Origin: Eutreptiella sp. 'Long Island Sound 2002'
Taxonomy: Eukaryota > Protista > Euglenida
Direction of reading: 5' to 3'
NCBI GenBank assembly: GCA_964036045.1
Contig: OZ038378.1
Coordinates: 181,164,001 to 181,228,000 of the forward strand
Length of the DNA stretch: 64,000 nucleotides
The translations under genes and the position numbers were made by a program. The notes beneath the pieces were generated by a model. That model searched no databases and was not told where the DNA came from. It was given only the letters and a program-made list of their open reading frames with translations. Of this stretch, positions 1 through 12,463 are shown piece by piece; the stretch's first letter is position 1, and the number at the start of each line of letters is the position of its first letter.

Positions 1-1564
1 CGCGCAACTCCCACTCACCTCACAGTGCGGGAGTAGAGGACGACGTTTCACCGCGGCGAACGGAGAAACACAGGCTTCCAGTGGCAACAACGCAAGCTTA
101 CACATACAAGAGGAGAAAAGGCAGAGGATAGTTTTTTGCAGCGTAGTGGGCTCCGCACAGAGATAAGTGGAGGACAGGGCAGTCTTGAATCACAAAAAAA
201 AGGGAAAAGGAAAGAAATGCGGAACGCCAAACTTCCGTCGCCTCATCGCCAACCAGCATCAATCAACCGCCAATCGCCGTCAGCTCACTACATATGCGGC
301 GCTGAGTCAAAAGAGACTGGCTCCTTGAAGCATGTTGGTGAAGTGTGTGATCTTCGAAGGAAGGCACTTTTGGGGACCTCCAGATCGTTCTCGGGCAGGC
401 GCTATGTCCTGCCCAAGGCCCTGCCCGACAAACCGACCGACAGCGGCTGGAGGCTAACCGAAGACGGCTGAGGCCACCCGACGAAACTGCTCTTGTTCAC
501 GAAAAGCGCACTGCTGTCCAGACAGGAGGCAGGGCGGCCAGCGTAAGTGATCCCCGGCTTCCCCAAAGGGCAAGGTCTCGGGCCCCCTCACAGCACCCAA
601 CCTCAGTCCATCAGATGCTGACTGCAGCTGTACCGCCAGCTGTAGCAGTGTAGGGCTTCTGCAGGGCTTCTTTCACGTAGCTGTTGTAGGAATTCAAGTG
701 GCGTCTCTACAATGCACACGCTCCAAGTTGTTGTAGACCCACATCGGGTGAGTACACACGCCGCGCGCACCCCTTCATTCCAGGAGCCCGGATCATTTCC
801 CAGAATTATTTCACACCATTGCACACCCTCCGACATGCCCGGGTTGCCCCCAGTTGCCCTACCGGTTGCGCCCGCATCAGGAAAAATTTGATCTTCGCAG
901 ACCACCAGAAAAAGGAAGCGCTAAATTCAATGCTTCCAAAAGATGCGGAAATAGGTCAGCCTATTTAGGTCCTGCACGCTGTGCGTACAGGGGTCAGCGC
1001 AGAAGCAGGACGTGGCAGAGCCACCGTGCCCCCCCCCCAAGCCTCACCCTTAGTGTACACGGCGCGAGAGAAGGACCCACGCCAAGGGCTCAGGTGTCTT
1101 CACTGTGGGCCCTCCCGTGCCCCTTGCCCGGGGTCTCCGATCCTCTCGCGGGCGCAGACGCTCTCCCCTTCCCCTCATCCCCTGGCGGCATCACAGCAGC
1201 CGATCTGGTGAAGCCCAAGCGGGGTCAGGGGGCTGCGGGGGCCGGCACAGCAAGCAGGGCACCAGCACCAGGACGCCATCGCCCAGCCGTGGCACGCGGC
1301 CTTTGCCAAAAGATGCGGAAACAGGTCCCCCTTTTAAGGTCCTGCACACTGTGCACAGGGGTCAGCTTAGAGGCAGGGGCTGGCTCAGCTCCAAAAGATG
1401 CCAAAACAACACCTCGTATTGTTCTGACGACCCGCAAAGTTGGGAGGGGGGGGGTTTACGACAGCTCAGTCTTCTCACTTATGCCCACCCGGCGTTCTCA
1501 GGGGCTCTGGGCCCAGCGTCCCGTTGCTACGACCGCGTGGCCACGCCACCCCCATCTCATATCT

Positions 1565-2944
1565 TTACGGGGCCTGGTCCGGATAGAACACGGTGCGGCC
1601 CCGGTTGGCGGCGATGAGAAGGCTCCCCCCGGTCCCCCCGCTGCGCGAGGGCATCAGGCCGTGGGTGGGCACGTACGGGGCGTACGGGTCGTAGGCGAAG
1701 GGGGACCCTTGTGCAGAAGGGCCGGGGTACGGGCTGTGGGCCGCCAGGGTCTGGTGCTGCGGCGTTTGTGGGAGGGACCCGCGGGAGTAGCCCCCGTAGT
1801 AGTAGTCCTGCGCCGCGGGGCTCGACCAGGGGTCCCATGGGTCGAGGGGTGCGAGAGACAACGGGGGCTGGTACGCGTTGTGCGCGGGGTCCAGGTCGAA
1901 GGGGAAGTCCGCGAGCCGCATGGTCACCGTCCGCGCGGAGCTCTGGGCGTTGGTCGGGGCCGGCTGAATGGGCTGCTCGTAGTCGTAGGGCTCAGGGTCC
2001 ACCGGCCAGTCCCGAATCGGGTCCACGCTGCTCTGGTACGGCGCGGTCGCAGGGGCCGCGGGGGCTACGGGCGGGGCGCTGCGGTCCGGGGCCGCGGCCT
2101 CCGGGGCTGGCTCTGGGGCCGGCTCCGGGGCCGGAGCGGGCTCTGTAGCGGCGGCGCCAAGCGCAGCCCCCGCCCCTGCGGCGTACTCCTGGACGTTCCG
2201 CCCGTACCGCTTCCAGATGGCGGAGGCCTCCAGCCCCATGTAGTACTCCCGGATCTTCTGCGGCAGGTCACGCGCCGCGAAGTCCCGCAGCTCCGGGGGG
2301 GAGGCGAAGTCCCCTGCCCACCAGAAGCCCCCGATGTCCGTCTTCCGGAACAGGTACGCCATGGCCCCGTCGTAGAAGTCCATCGAGGGCCAGCGGTCCC
2401 GCTCCTCCGTCACCCGCTGCCCGCACAGCGCAAGCGCGACGCGCGGCGCGAGGAGCCGGCGGGCCACGTCGGTCTCCAGCATCAGGCGGTGGAGCGCGCG
2501 GTCCCCCATGACGTTGATGCGGAGCTCGACGGTCGCGGGTTTGCCGGACGGGTCGGCGGGGTCCAGCACGACGAAGGGGCAGTTCGTGTCGCGCATTCCC
2601 AGTAGGAACCGCCCCCCTAGCTGCCGCTGCGAGGCCTCGGCGATCCACAGCAGGCGGGCGATCTGGTACGCCACGTGCGGCCGCAGGTCGAAGTCCCGCA
2701 TCCCGGGCAACTTGAGGACCCAGGCCCCCATGTTACGCTCGACGAAGTCAGGCTTGTCATCCAAATACACTTCGAGCTCCACAAGGCCCTTGAGGAGGGT
2801 CCGCTGCGTCCCTTCGCTCCGGTACAGCCCCGAATTGTGAATGGTCTGCGTCACGGACCGGTCAATAAGGGTCCGGGTGGCGGGAGCGGCCCTTTTGCGG
2901 AGCAACTCCGCCTCCGGGTTTTCTCTGCTGGCGCCGCTGCCCAT
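1565..2944 (-). CDS. 459-aa protein of unknown function; N-terminal myristoylation motif, ~250-aa globular-looking domain, Pro/Ala/Tyr-rich low-complexity C-terminus
   Basis: Long ATG-initiated ORF with strong G/C third-position bias; starts MGSGAS (MGxxxS); pyrimidine-rich AG (CCGCCCCTTTAG) about 55 nt upstream could be a trans-splice acceptor; no family motif recognised. Confidence 0.75.
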   Translation of the reverse strand: MGSGASRENPEAELLRKRAAPATRTLIDRSVTQTIHNSGLYRSEGTQRTLLKGLVELEVYLDDKPDFVERNMGAWVLKLPGMRDFDLRPHVAYQIARLLWIAEASQRQLGGRFLLGMRDTNCPFVVLDPADPSGKPATVELRINVMGDRALHRLMLETDVARRLLAPRVALALCGQRVTEERDRWPSMDFYDGAMAYLFRKTDIGGFWWAGDFASPPELRDFAARDLPQKIREYYMGLEASAIWKRYGRNVQEYAAGAGAALGAAATEPAPAPEPAPEPAPEAAAPDRSAPPVAPAAPATAPYQSSVDPIRDWPVDPEPYDYEQPIQPAPTNAQSSARTVTMRLADFPFDLDPAHNAYQPPLSLAPLDPWDPWSSPAAQDYYYGGYSRGSLPQTPQHQTLAAHSPYPGPSAQGSPFAYDPYAPYVPTHGLMPSRSGGTGGSLLIAANRGRTVFYPDQAP

Positions 2945-4252
2945 GATCTCGGGGTGACAAGGGACTCAGGGGACGGGATCAGCCGCACGGGCTCATGAGC
3001 TAAAGGGGCGGAGGAGCAGAGGCATGAAGGAATTTGCCCCTGTGGAAATACTGCACCCGTTGAGAGAAAGTGCCACGCACCTGAACTGCAACTGTACAAT
3101 CCCGCACACTCTGGGGGCGAGTTTGCACTGCGTATCCCGACCAGAACCGTAGGAACAGTGGGAATCAGGTGTCGCGATGTAGGTTTGTGAATTTGTGGCG
3201 AAATTTTTTGGGTTGAAATTTTCGCGATTTCGTAGATGTTTGACCATTTCGGACTCTTACTGCCACGGCACCCGCGCGCATTGAGCACGTAGTACAGCCC
3301 CCTCTGGTCGAACAGGTGCGTTATACCGGAAGCACTAGCCGGCTCGCTTGACCTCTTGCGTTTCAAGTACCTCCCCCGGCTTGTGAATGTTTGAACACCG
3401 CAGAGCTGAAACATCCCCACCTCCTTACAGGCACTGGAACGGTCCCATCTCTGGGTCGCAAATCCTTGTTACGCGCCCCGTACGGCTGCCCTGTCCGTCT
3501 GGGTGTTTCGTGCCTGTGGCGCCACTGTGTGTACAGAGACTTCAGAAGATGTATGTGCACAGCATGAAAAAGCGCAGCCCACAGTCGATGCAGCACTTTC
3601 GCCAGCAACTGCCAGCAATCTGGACACTCGAAAATGTCAGAGCGCAACACATACCCTGGCAAATGCCAGTACTTCATTTTAGAGTGGGACATGTTGCAAC
3701 GGCGCCAACTGCCGGAGTTGACCGCTGACATGCGTCCGTTAACCGCAAAGGAAAAAAACCGCCACCACTACGGTGGGATTCAACAGAGCACCGGCCGATC
3801 GGTGTTTGCTATCTACTGCCAGCGGTCAGAGACCTCCTTCCAACCAAAAAGAAATGAAACCCGCAAGCGTGCCGTCAGCGGACCAGCAACCACCATCGAT
3901 TAAGTACCAACTGTCATCGTAAAAACCTGAGGCTGTGCTGCTGTTCATCACAAAGAAACTTGACACAAAAGTTGAGTGTAATTGAATGATGGATGAGAGT
4001 GTGGCTTCCAAGTCGTGGCGTTTAACAAGAACAAATAATGTAAAAGCTCTCACCCGAACAACAACAATGCACAGTTTCTCTTTTTGTGCGGACTCTCCCG
4101 GTGTGATACCCTGTTGGACCCTGTTGGACCGTCCAGCTTTGCAATGCCGGTGTCTCAAAGCAATGTTGGGTAGCATCGCAGAATAGTGGACACACCAATT
4201 CTAATACCCTCCTTCTCAGATATGATGTTTCCGTTGACCACTCGCAAAACGG

Positions 4253-5450
4253 GGGGGCAAAGGCTATGGCTGCACAACCTCAGCAATGGTTCACTTCACA
4301 CTACTTTTGATACACATGTTGACTGGGGTCCCCTGGGCCACATAGAGACTTTCACCGTGTGGCTTGCCAGGTTGGGACAAAATTCCCACCTACCCTCCAA
4401 CCCCCAGTTATGGTACCGGATACCTTTGGCAAGGAGGAGCATGTGTGGCAAACCCGCCCCCCACCCCTTGCGAGAGCAACACTAAATCTAAAATTTGACG
4501 GAACAACACCTACCGTTGCTCTGACAAGGGGGGGGGGTATTTATGAAGGGCAAAATAGGACATGGTTCCAAAAGTTGCGGAAACAACACCTCTGACATGG
4601 GCGTTGCCCTCGCAAAGCGGGGGGGGTTACATTGTTCTTTGGCACGTGCTTGCATTTTTGGCAAAGTACCGTGCATTTTCTTCCACTGGGTTCACACATA
4701 AACACACCACACACACCGCATGAGAGCAGCAGTGCTTGTGCTTACCAAAGGCGCCATCCTTTTCTGCATTGTTTACAATCTGGAATACTCCTCAACCGGA
4801 CCCACGGTCATCGGCAACAAGGGATGTGGCCACGTTGGGGACGACTGTGCACTGTGTGTGCGCCGCATACTGGTGCCCATGTTGTATACCTATGAAAGAC
4901 CTCCTAAGAGCATAAAAAATTGCACAAGAACACGTTGCATCATACTCATCATCTTTTCCAGAGGCATCCTCCTCGGCCTATCACCCCTAATACTGGTTTA
5001 TACTCAGAGCAGAGTGAGATGTTGTATTGAAACAAGCTTGAAATAGAGTACCAGGATTTCCGGCCGGACAAAAACTTTGCACTACAGGTCAAGGCCAGTC
5101 AGAGTGGGTTTTCTCTGCGACATGCATCGGCAACACACGCCCCAGCCGTAAAATACCTTTATTGCACACAAGACCCTTAGTATAATCAACACTCTGCACG
5201 CACCCTCGACCCTGACCACACCCTCCACCCTTTCCCTGCCCCACCCCTTGTCCACGGGACGCTCACAAAAGGGGGGCCAAAGGCTATGGCTGCACAACCT
5301 GAGCAATGCTTCACCTCACACTACTGTTGATACACATGTTGATGGGGTCACATAGAGATTTGCACCGTGTGGCTTGTCAGGTTGGGACTAAATTCCCACC
5401 CGACCCCCAAGCCCCAGTTTTTGTGGGTTGTACCGGATACCTTTGCTAAA
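4253..5450. repeat. Two dispersed ~180-bp direct repeats (4253-4430 and 5271-5450)
   Basis: Both begin GGGGG(C)CAAAGGCTATGGCTGCACAACCT and end near GTACCGGATACCTTTG. Confidence 0.75.
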
Positions 5451-8400
5451 CCACAGATCAATCACCAAATGTACCTCTGCAATAGGCTGACAATGGTCGT
5501 CACTCTGGACCCAGCCTGGCATCATCCACAGTGCATTCAGTACTGTGGATGTTCCTACCCCCCCCCCCCATATTATCACACACCGAAATAATATCACGCA
5601 TGCCTTTTGCCTACCTGACCCAGCCACAAGGCAAAACATAGATGGTGACGCGAGTCACAACCGTAAAACACAGCTATTTCTATGCCAGGAAAGCAACCAT
5701 GGACAGCTGCGATACCACTGGCTTGGGTTTGGGCTTGGGCTTTGCAGCTGCAACATTTTGGGCCTGGACTTCTGGTGGGACAAATAGGTTGGATCAATGT
5801 AACCGAGATCCTTGAAGTTCATAGGGATCAGACATGACAAAAAATACCTGGAACAGGGGGGTGGTCAAAACAATATCATGCACAAAATAAGATCACGCAT
5901 CGAAATAATATCACAAATGTGATAGTATATGGGGGGGGGGAGGGGGGTTACCGACCGACTGTACCTTGGACAGAGGCATCTCATAGACAAGGGGGGGGGG
6001 GGGAATGGGTTACAACAGTTCATGAGCAGGCTGACACCCTGTCCCTCATCCAAGTAACCGGGTTGGGCAGAACGACATTTTGCATTCCGCTTCCATCCAC
6101 TTCAGCGTACAGTTCCGTGTTGAAGACCCGGGTTGAACACATGCACCTGATGTGTACAAACACGATGGAGAAACAGGGTCCGTCCGCTGTGCAGCCTCGA
6201 GGCCAGCACAGCGGGGCGAAACATGCGAAAAACAATAGCACAACAGTTTCGCTGCTTTGGAGAAGCAAGCAGAGGTAAAAAGTGTAAAGGGGTGGAAGCA
6301 GAGCGCCCCCTGGGGTCCCATGCAGGGCTGCATGATCCGTGCCGAAAAGAAAATGCTGGGCGCCATGACACACAAACTGCAATGAGGTGTGACTTGATGA
6401 TGATTGTCCATCCGTCAATCACCCAGTGCCCGTTAAGCGCGGGTTTCTGCCACTCCACCACCAACCGCCGTCGGTTGGCTGCCCATCCGGCGGTCTTGAA
6501 CAGGCAGTCTTCAACAACAACAGAAAAAAAGAATAGCTTCCAGCCTAACCTTGAAACCCGCATGGTCCAGCGATTCTGTTGGTACACTGTCTTCATGCGC
6601 ACCCGAAAATCCAGTGCCAAACAGTAAATGGCAACTGTTCAAAAAACCGTCAAACCCCTTCCGTTGATTGATAGCCACCCTCAACGAAATGCCAACCGCC
6701 ATCGGTTACGCACCAACCACCCAATGGGATCCCTAGATTCTCCTATGGAAAGCTCCTGGGACAAACAGACGACAGACAATGCAGTGCGGGTCCCTGCGTG
6801 AAGTGGTTGGTTCTCTTGGCATTGCAGCATCCAAAAGCACCCGCGTGAAAGAGGCCCACGGTGGAGGTTATAGGCATGCACACTCAGTTCACCCATACGA
6901 CACGATTCCAAGCATAAGGAACCTGAGGTCCAATGCTTCCAGGAGAAGATCGCGTCGGTCTGGTTAAACACCGCCCCGTCAATGAGAAAAGTTCTACAAG
7001 GTGCTTTTTGGGAAAGCCGCTTTTCTAATCCCATCCCGTTCCCTGGCAGGCTCGACGCAGGCGCCCGGGACGCAGTTTCCTGATGGAAAATATGGATGAT
7101 GCAGGGTCAAAAGGTGGGTCAGGGATCGACAGATGTGACTTGGAAAGCAGTGGTGACGTCAGTACGTATCCCGTCAGCGCAACATCCTCAATGATTCTTG
7201 CTGGGACAGAACTTGGCCTTTGGGTATATGGACATTAGAAAGACAAGCTCTTTGTTATTCCTCCAACAGGACACACACATCTGACGACTCAACGTGAAGA
7301 TGATGGTTGCGATACGCACTGCAAACCCAAAATGCTTCTTGTTGACACGGATCCACAGTAGGGCGTCAAAAAAATGGAAAGTTCGGGGGATGGGAGCGGT
7401 TGGAGCCGAATTTCCGGACCCCCCTGCTCCTGTGAGCAGAATGAGGCGCTGAAAGCTGCCCGTGCAATCGCCTTCTACGCTGCATTTCTGAAATGCTCAT
7501 CACCCCAACGCCCAAACGAAGTGCAAAACCATTCCCTATTGAGGGATGGGCACCGTGAGAGCGCCACCCTCCCCGAGGGAGTGTGACGGTGACAAAACCG
7601 GTGACGAAAAAAATGGGCACACGGTGGTAACGGGTCAGCAGGTCCCCTTCACGAGCACCGGGGGCTGCTGCGTGGCAGAAAGTTGGTGCAAGGTCAGCGA
7701 TCGGCGCATAGCCGACAGTGGTTGGCGATAAATTGATGGCCGTGGACTGTGAAGGGCCGGCAGGCGGGTAACCAGAAAAAGTAGTGGGCACTTGGGCGAC
7801 TTCTTGAGGTTTCGGCATTACAGAGTCCTGCCGTATTTTAAACGAAAGAGGGCTCGTTTCACTGGGTGCTATTGTGGTTGCACAGGGTTTTACTGCGTTT
7901 GGGCCGAAATGAGGGTTGGACCCCCCCCCCCCTCTTCGATGAGAATGATAAGGTAAGAGAATAGGAAGAAGAGTGCCTCCCGACAGAAGGGAAATGGAAA
8001 GAATGCTTTGTTCTCGGGCGTTCTACATCACGGCTGTCCGCCATCGCCCCCCCCCCGCACCCAATCCCCATTTTTGATTGTACTCAGGACTCAAAAGTAT
8101 GCCTCCCCTGGGGGGGTTTCGCTGTAGACAAGTTGTAGCTTACGTCGAACCCACAAAAAAAACAACATCGAATGAACTGGGGCTCATCCTACGGTAACCA
8201 GCCGCCTCAATACACTGACCCGCCCCTGCCTCCGAAATCGTGTGATTCGGGGGCGGGGGGGTTGCAAACCTTCATTTTGGGAAGAGGTGAAACCTGTGTC
8301 TCCTTGCTCTGTATGCCATCGCGCATCACATGGGGAGGAGGAGGACGAGGAGGAGGAGGAGGAGCTGTGACTCTCAGTCACTAGGCCAAGGGAGCTGCGC

Positions 8401-9311
8401 TGTCCATAGGTCCCAAGTCCACCTCAGAATTGGGGCTGGTGGGGACGAAAGTGAAAAAGGATACACTGCGGCACACCAGTGTTTTCAGTACTAACCCTGC
8501 ATTCATGCATCCAGATGGTAAATTCGAGCTCCTGTCGCTCCAGATACCGCGGTTAGACAGCATGTAGGGCCTCTAGGCCCTAGGCCACGGAGGTACGTTG
8601 CGTGCTTGACCTGGCGGGTAGAGTTGGCACGCCACAACCCGATGCACTGCACGCCCCGTGCATGGGCCTCGGACACAGGGCCGTTCAGACTGCACCCTCC
8701 CCGACCGGCCATCATACGGTGATCGGGTTTGGATGGGTGGAACGGCCTCCACCAGGTGGGAAAGAGCCCCTCCCAAGGAATGTGCTATCCGGATGTAGCA
8801 CAGACAGCACTGCCATAAAAAACCATGAGGTCCTACATTGCAATCATGAATGCACATAAAGATGCGAAATGGGCACCAAAAAAAAAAACTTACGAAACCA
8901 AGCAAACAATGCAGCAGTACAGTGACAGAACAAATGGGCAGACCGCCCATGCGTGGCACACATTCGAAGCTCTTGACAGTCCTGGCGGTCCCACCACCCG
9001 ACCGCGTCAGACAAAGGTGAAAGTCACCAAATGGGCCAGAAATTGGAGACCGACTTCAGGTACACAAATTTTTGTAGGGTGTCTAACCCGCCTGGGGCTG
9101 GCAGGGCGTTCCCTCCATCGAGCCGCGCCCTGAGGGCGGCTCAAAAGAATTCTGGACACGAATACGCGCACACCAATTGGCGTTGCAGACTGCACGCCCA
9201 CCAGCCCAAGGTCGAGAAGGCAGCAGTTGAGTCTTGATTTGTAGACCGCCAGACATACAAACGGGTATGCGTGGGAATATCCATACAGGGGCAGAAAAGG
9301 CGGGCAGGCAC

Positions 9312-9455
9312 TTAGTGCTGAATGCACCGCAAAACCAACAGCGAGAGCTCGTCATATGTCAAGTAATCGTGCCGCGTCATACCCATTTGCCGCCAGGCCG
9401 CATTTGCAGATGTAAATATATCGTCGCCAATCACTGCGAACTCCGCATAGTACTC
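9312..9455 (-). CDS. PAC-like gene exon 6 (last): second EF-hand-like motif and stop
   Basis: Acceptor CTTCTGTGCAG|GAG, phase 0; EYYAEFAVIGDDIFTSANAAWRQMGMTRHDYLTYDELSLLVLRCIQH-TAA completes a helix-loop-helix pair with exon 5. Confidence 0.8.
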   Translation of the reverse strand, partial: EYYAEFAVIGDDIFTSANAAWRQMGMTRHDYLTYDELSLLVLRCIQH

Positions 9456-9949
9456 CTGCACAGAAGCGGGTGTTCCGTCTCGCCCTTCCCCCTGCCCAGC
9501 TCCCTGATACCGAAGGCACGGGGCGCTCATTTCTGCCCCTTCCTCAGGAGGTGGTGTGGGGGAGGGTTCCAGCCAGATGGCGCACTACACAGCGAAACGG
9601 AAAGACAGAGCACATACGTCTGGCACCTCCCGACCTACACTCGAGAAGAAGCGAAGATGTGGCCCCTTTATCTCGCTCCTACGCACAGTACTATTGGCAA
9701 AAGAAAGGGGGACTGCTGACAACCCTCGGACCCCGTAATACGCTGTTTTGCACTGCGGCTCCCAGCCATCCAAATGGAGCCTCGCGACCCGCAACAGGCG
9801 TTTGGCGACCTCCCCCCTCCCACAGACGAATGCACAGAAGAACACGGTATCGTGGGATGTAACGTTCGTGTGAGTTGCCTCCTGACACCCGGATTGTCAT
9901 TGGCTTGCACCGACAGGTCCTCAGAGGTTGAAGCAAGAATTGATCGTCC

Positions 9950-10290
9950 GGCTGATGACGGCATTTACTCCGAGGGGGGTTCGATATCTGCACACATGCC
10001 TCATGAGTATCGATAAACAAACAATGCGGCTGAACTGATGGCTGCTCTATGCGCACTGCAGATTTTCACTTCGGGTGAAAATCTTCCCCGTGTGCACTGA
10101 TTCTCAATACATCATGTTAGGGGTGTCATGAGCGGCGCGCCGCTGGAAGATATGAGGCTAGACTGCCTCGGCGGGCCCCGTCTCTAAGGTCTCATCGTGA
10201 GAGCTAATGCTCGCTGACACCAATAAACCTGGTCGCACCATTCACTGGGTTCCCTGTTCGTGCTGAACAACCTGCATTCCCGCCGACCCT
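9950..10290 (+). pseudogene. Disrupted RNase H1-like domain, probably a retroelement relic, in intron 5
   Basis: Frame-shifted translation gives TNNAAELMAAL, CTDSQYIMLGV, ARRWK, AGPVS and TIHWVP, the E and D catalytic motifs of RNase HI; stops and frameshifts present. Confidence 0.65.
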
Positions 10291-11971
10291 CCATATCGGC
10301 AACCGAAGTGTGTACGAGACTGGCGCAAGCGGGCGAGAGGTGTCGCCACGCCTGTCTGTGCTCCAGGGGAGGAATAGAGGGTGTGTCCGGTGCGGCAGGC
10401 CTCTCCTACACCGCGCGCGGGGTGTGCTGGGTCGATCGCTGACAGCATCGAGATGACCCCCAATGTACCCCCGAGAGGGGCAGGGCCCTGAATCCATTGC
10501 AACTTCGGGGGGGAGGGCCCTCCAAGCCTGTTTCCCAAGCCTCCGCTATTAGGCTCTCGGGGCTGGGCCCCCCAAAGTGACCCCACACGCACATTCCAAG
10601 CGTCATACCCCAAATGCACAGTGCCCCCGCCCTTGGGGAAGGGTGTTGCACCCACCGGTTCAAACCACCTCCCCTCTAGTCAGGGGAGGGGGGCTGCCAC
10701 TTTTCGATGCACCCTAATCAGAAATGTTCTCAGAGGCTTTATAATGGTTGCGGGAGGCTTTTGGCCGCTTGCTGCTACCGGGGCCTCAAGCAGGTCACAA
10801 AGCGCACCACACATGCAAGTCCTCGTATGCATAGGCAGCCCTGTTCGGCAGTTCCAATGACATTCATGATAGAGCAATCCTTCCGGCTGTCACCGTCACC
10901 CGTGTTCTTGCTTTGAGCCTATTTTGTCAACACAAAATGTTTGCATCCTGAATTAAACAAAAGCACTCCTGGTTAGCAGGTCAGCTGATGCATTTTGCCT
11001 GTGGCTTATACAAGTCGATCAAGTGTCATGTCATGTCCCATTAGCCTTCAGAGGAACGTTGAGAGGAGAGTGCAGGGGGTCGTGGAACTGTGCAGGACCC
11101 TGGACAAGCCAGATAGAGGGGAACCACAGACGACTTGAGAAATCAGCAAAATACTTTTTTTAGGGGGAGGGGGGGTAAGGGGGGGGGGAATTTGGTATGT
11201 GCCAAATGTGGAATGGCGAAACTTGGCGCAGATAAAATTTGGCACCCATTTCTGAAATAACAGTGAAAAATCTGGTACAAAACTCCTGGACTATGGCACA
11301 ACAAGCATAGACTGTGAATGGTGATTGTTATTTTCTACGTGCCTTTGATTAGCAGTCATTTCCTGGAGGCTTTTGGATGCTTGGTGGCTCCTACAGACAT
11401 ATTGCAGCGGCTCTAATCAGCCTGCTAAAGAGGTCTTGAGAGTACCATGCTTTTGCCCTCACCCAACCCTTGCAGGACATCAATCATGGAAATCTTACAG
11501 CTCGGCCCTTCGAGCCTGTTTCCTACACCCCCACCTCCATTATTCGGACAGGCTTGGAGTGTCCGCGGCGGTGTGCATTGGCAGGGAGGGCACGGAGGTA
11601 GGACAGGAAGAGCGGTTGGGGTACCGCTGCCCACCACCCACACCCACCACACGCACTACACAAAGAGACTTTTTCATGCACAAAACAGAAGCGCGAGGAG
11701 GAAAACTGAGAAAAACTCTCCAGAACAGATGCTTCAGAGTACAGGGGATGAGCAGCAGCTGGCAGTACACAAGCAAAGCAGAGTAAAGAGCAGCCCTACC
11801 AAACACATACATACAGCCGGCGGGAAGCAAAATCCACACAGCTCACAGTCAGCGATTGGTGCTCTGGGCCCACTGCAACTTGGGTTCACCCAATTCATCC
11901 CTCTCCATCACGAGCACCTTTGGTGCGACGTCTCACTGACATCGCCCAAACTCCTACGCAAACACACATAC

Positions 11972-12463
11972 CGCCAAGCGAGTCATACTGACGTATCCGT
12001 CTCCATCGGGGTCCAGCTGGGCCCATAGCTCCTTCAGCTCCGCCTGAGTGTGCGGGAGCCGCATGGTGCGTGGGAGCGGCGCACCGACATCGTCCCGGTC
12101 GGGGCCGAAGTCCGGGATTTGGGTGGAGGGGGGCATGTCCAAGTGGTACGCGGGGGACTTGGTGTGCGTCGGGCAGTGCGTCTCCGTCACACGGAACTCG
12201 TCGGCCGGTGGGGGTGCGCCTGAGGCGGACGGCGGCACGGCCTTGAGGGGGGGCGTAGAGCCACGGCCACCGGACGCCCGCTTGGCGGCCCAGTACTGTT
12301 CAGGGCTGGGGCCCTCCAGCTTTTTCTCAGCGGCGGCCTGCAACATTGAGGGCGGGGGATGCTGAGGATGAGAGTGAGACGAAGACTGAGACTGTGGCTG
12401 GGGCGGGGGCGAGGGCAAGGGCGAGGGCTCGGACTCATGCTGCACATCGGCACGGACCAGGGT
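11972..12463 (-). CDS. PAC-like gene exon 5: Pro/Ser-rich linker and first EF-hand loop
   Basis: Acceptor CCCCATCCCAG|ACC (alternative in-frame CAG|CAT at 12439); ELKELWAQLDPDGDGYVSMTRLA then donor GCG|GTATGT. Confidence 0.75.

Noticed and set aside
854-2605. 583-aa plus-strand ORF and other overlapping ORFs
   Set aside because: Antisense shadows of the GC-rich 1565-2944 gene; Arg/Gly/Val-rich with no motifs
2993-3420. KRKR-containing frame as an upstream exon of the 459-aa gene
   Set aside because: Different frame from the MGSGAS ORF, no compatible splice pair found, and it would mask the myristoylation motif
11954-11971. Read-through of the exon 5 donor ends in CVFA-stop, a CaaX-like prenylation box
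   Set aside because: GTATGT is a strong donor and exon 6 completes the EF-hand pair in phase, so the CaaX is probably chance; an intron-retention isoform would need RNA evidence
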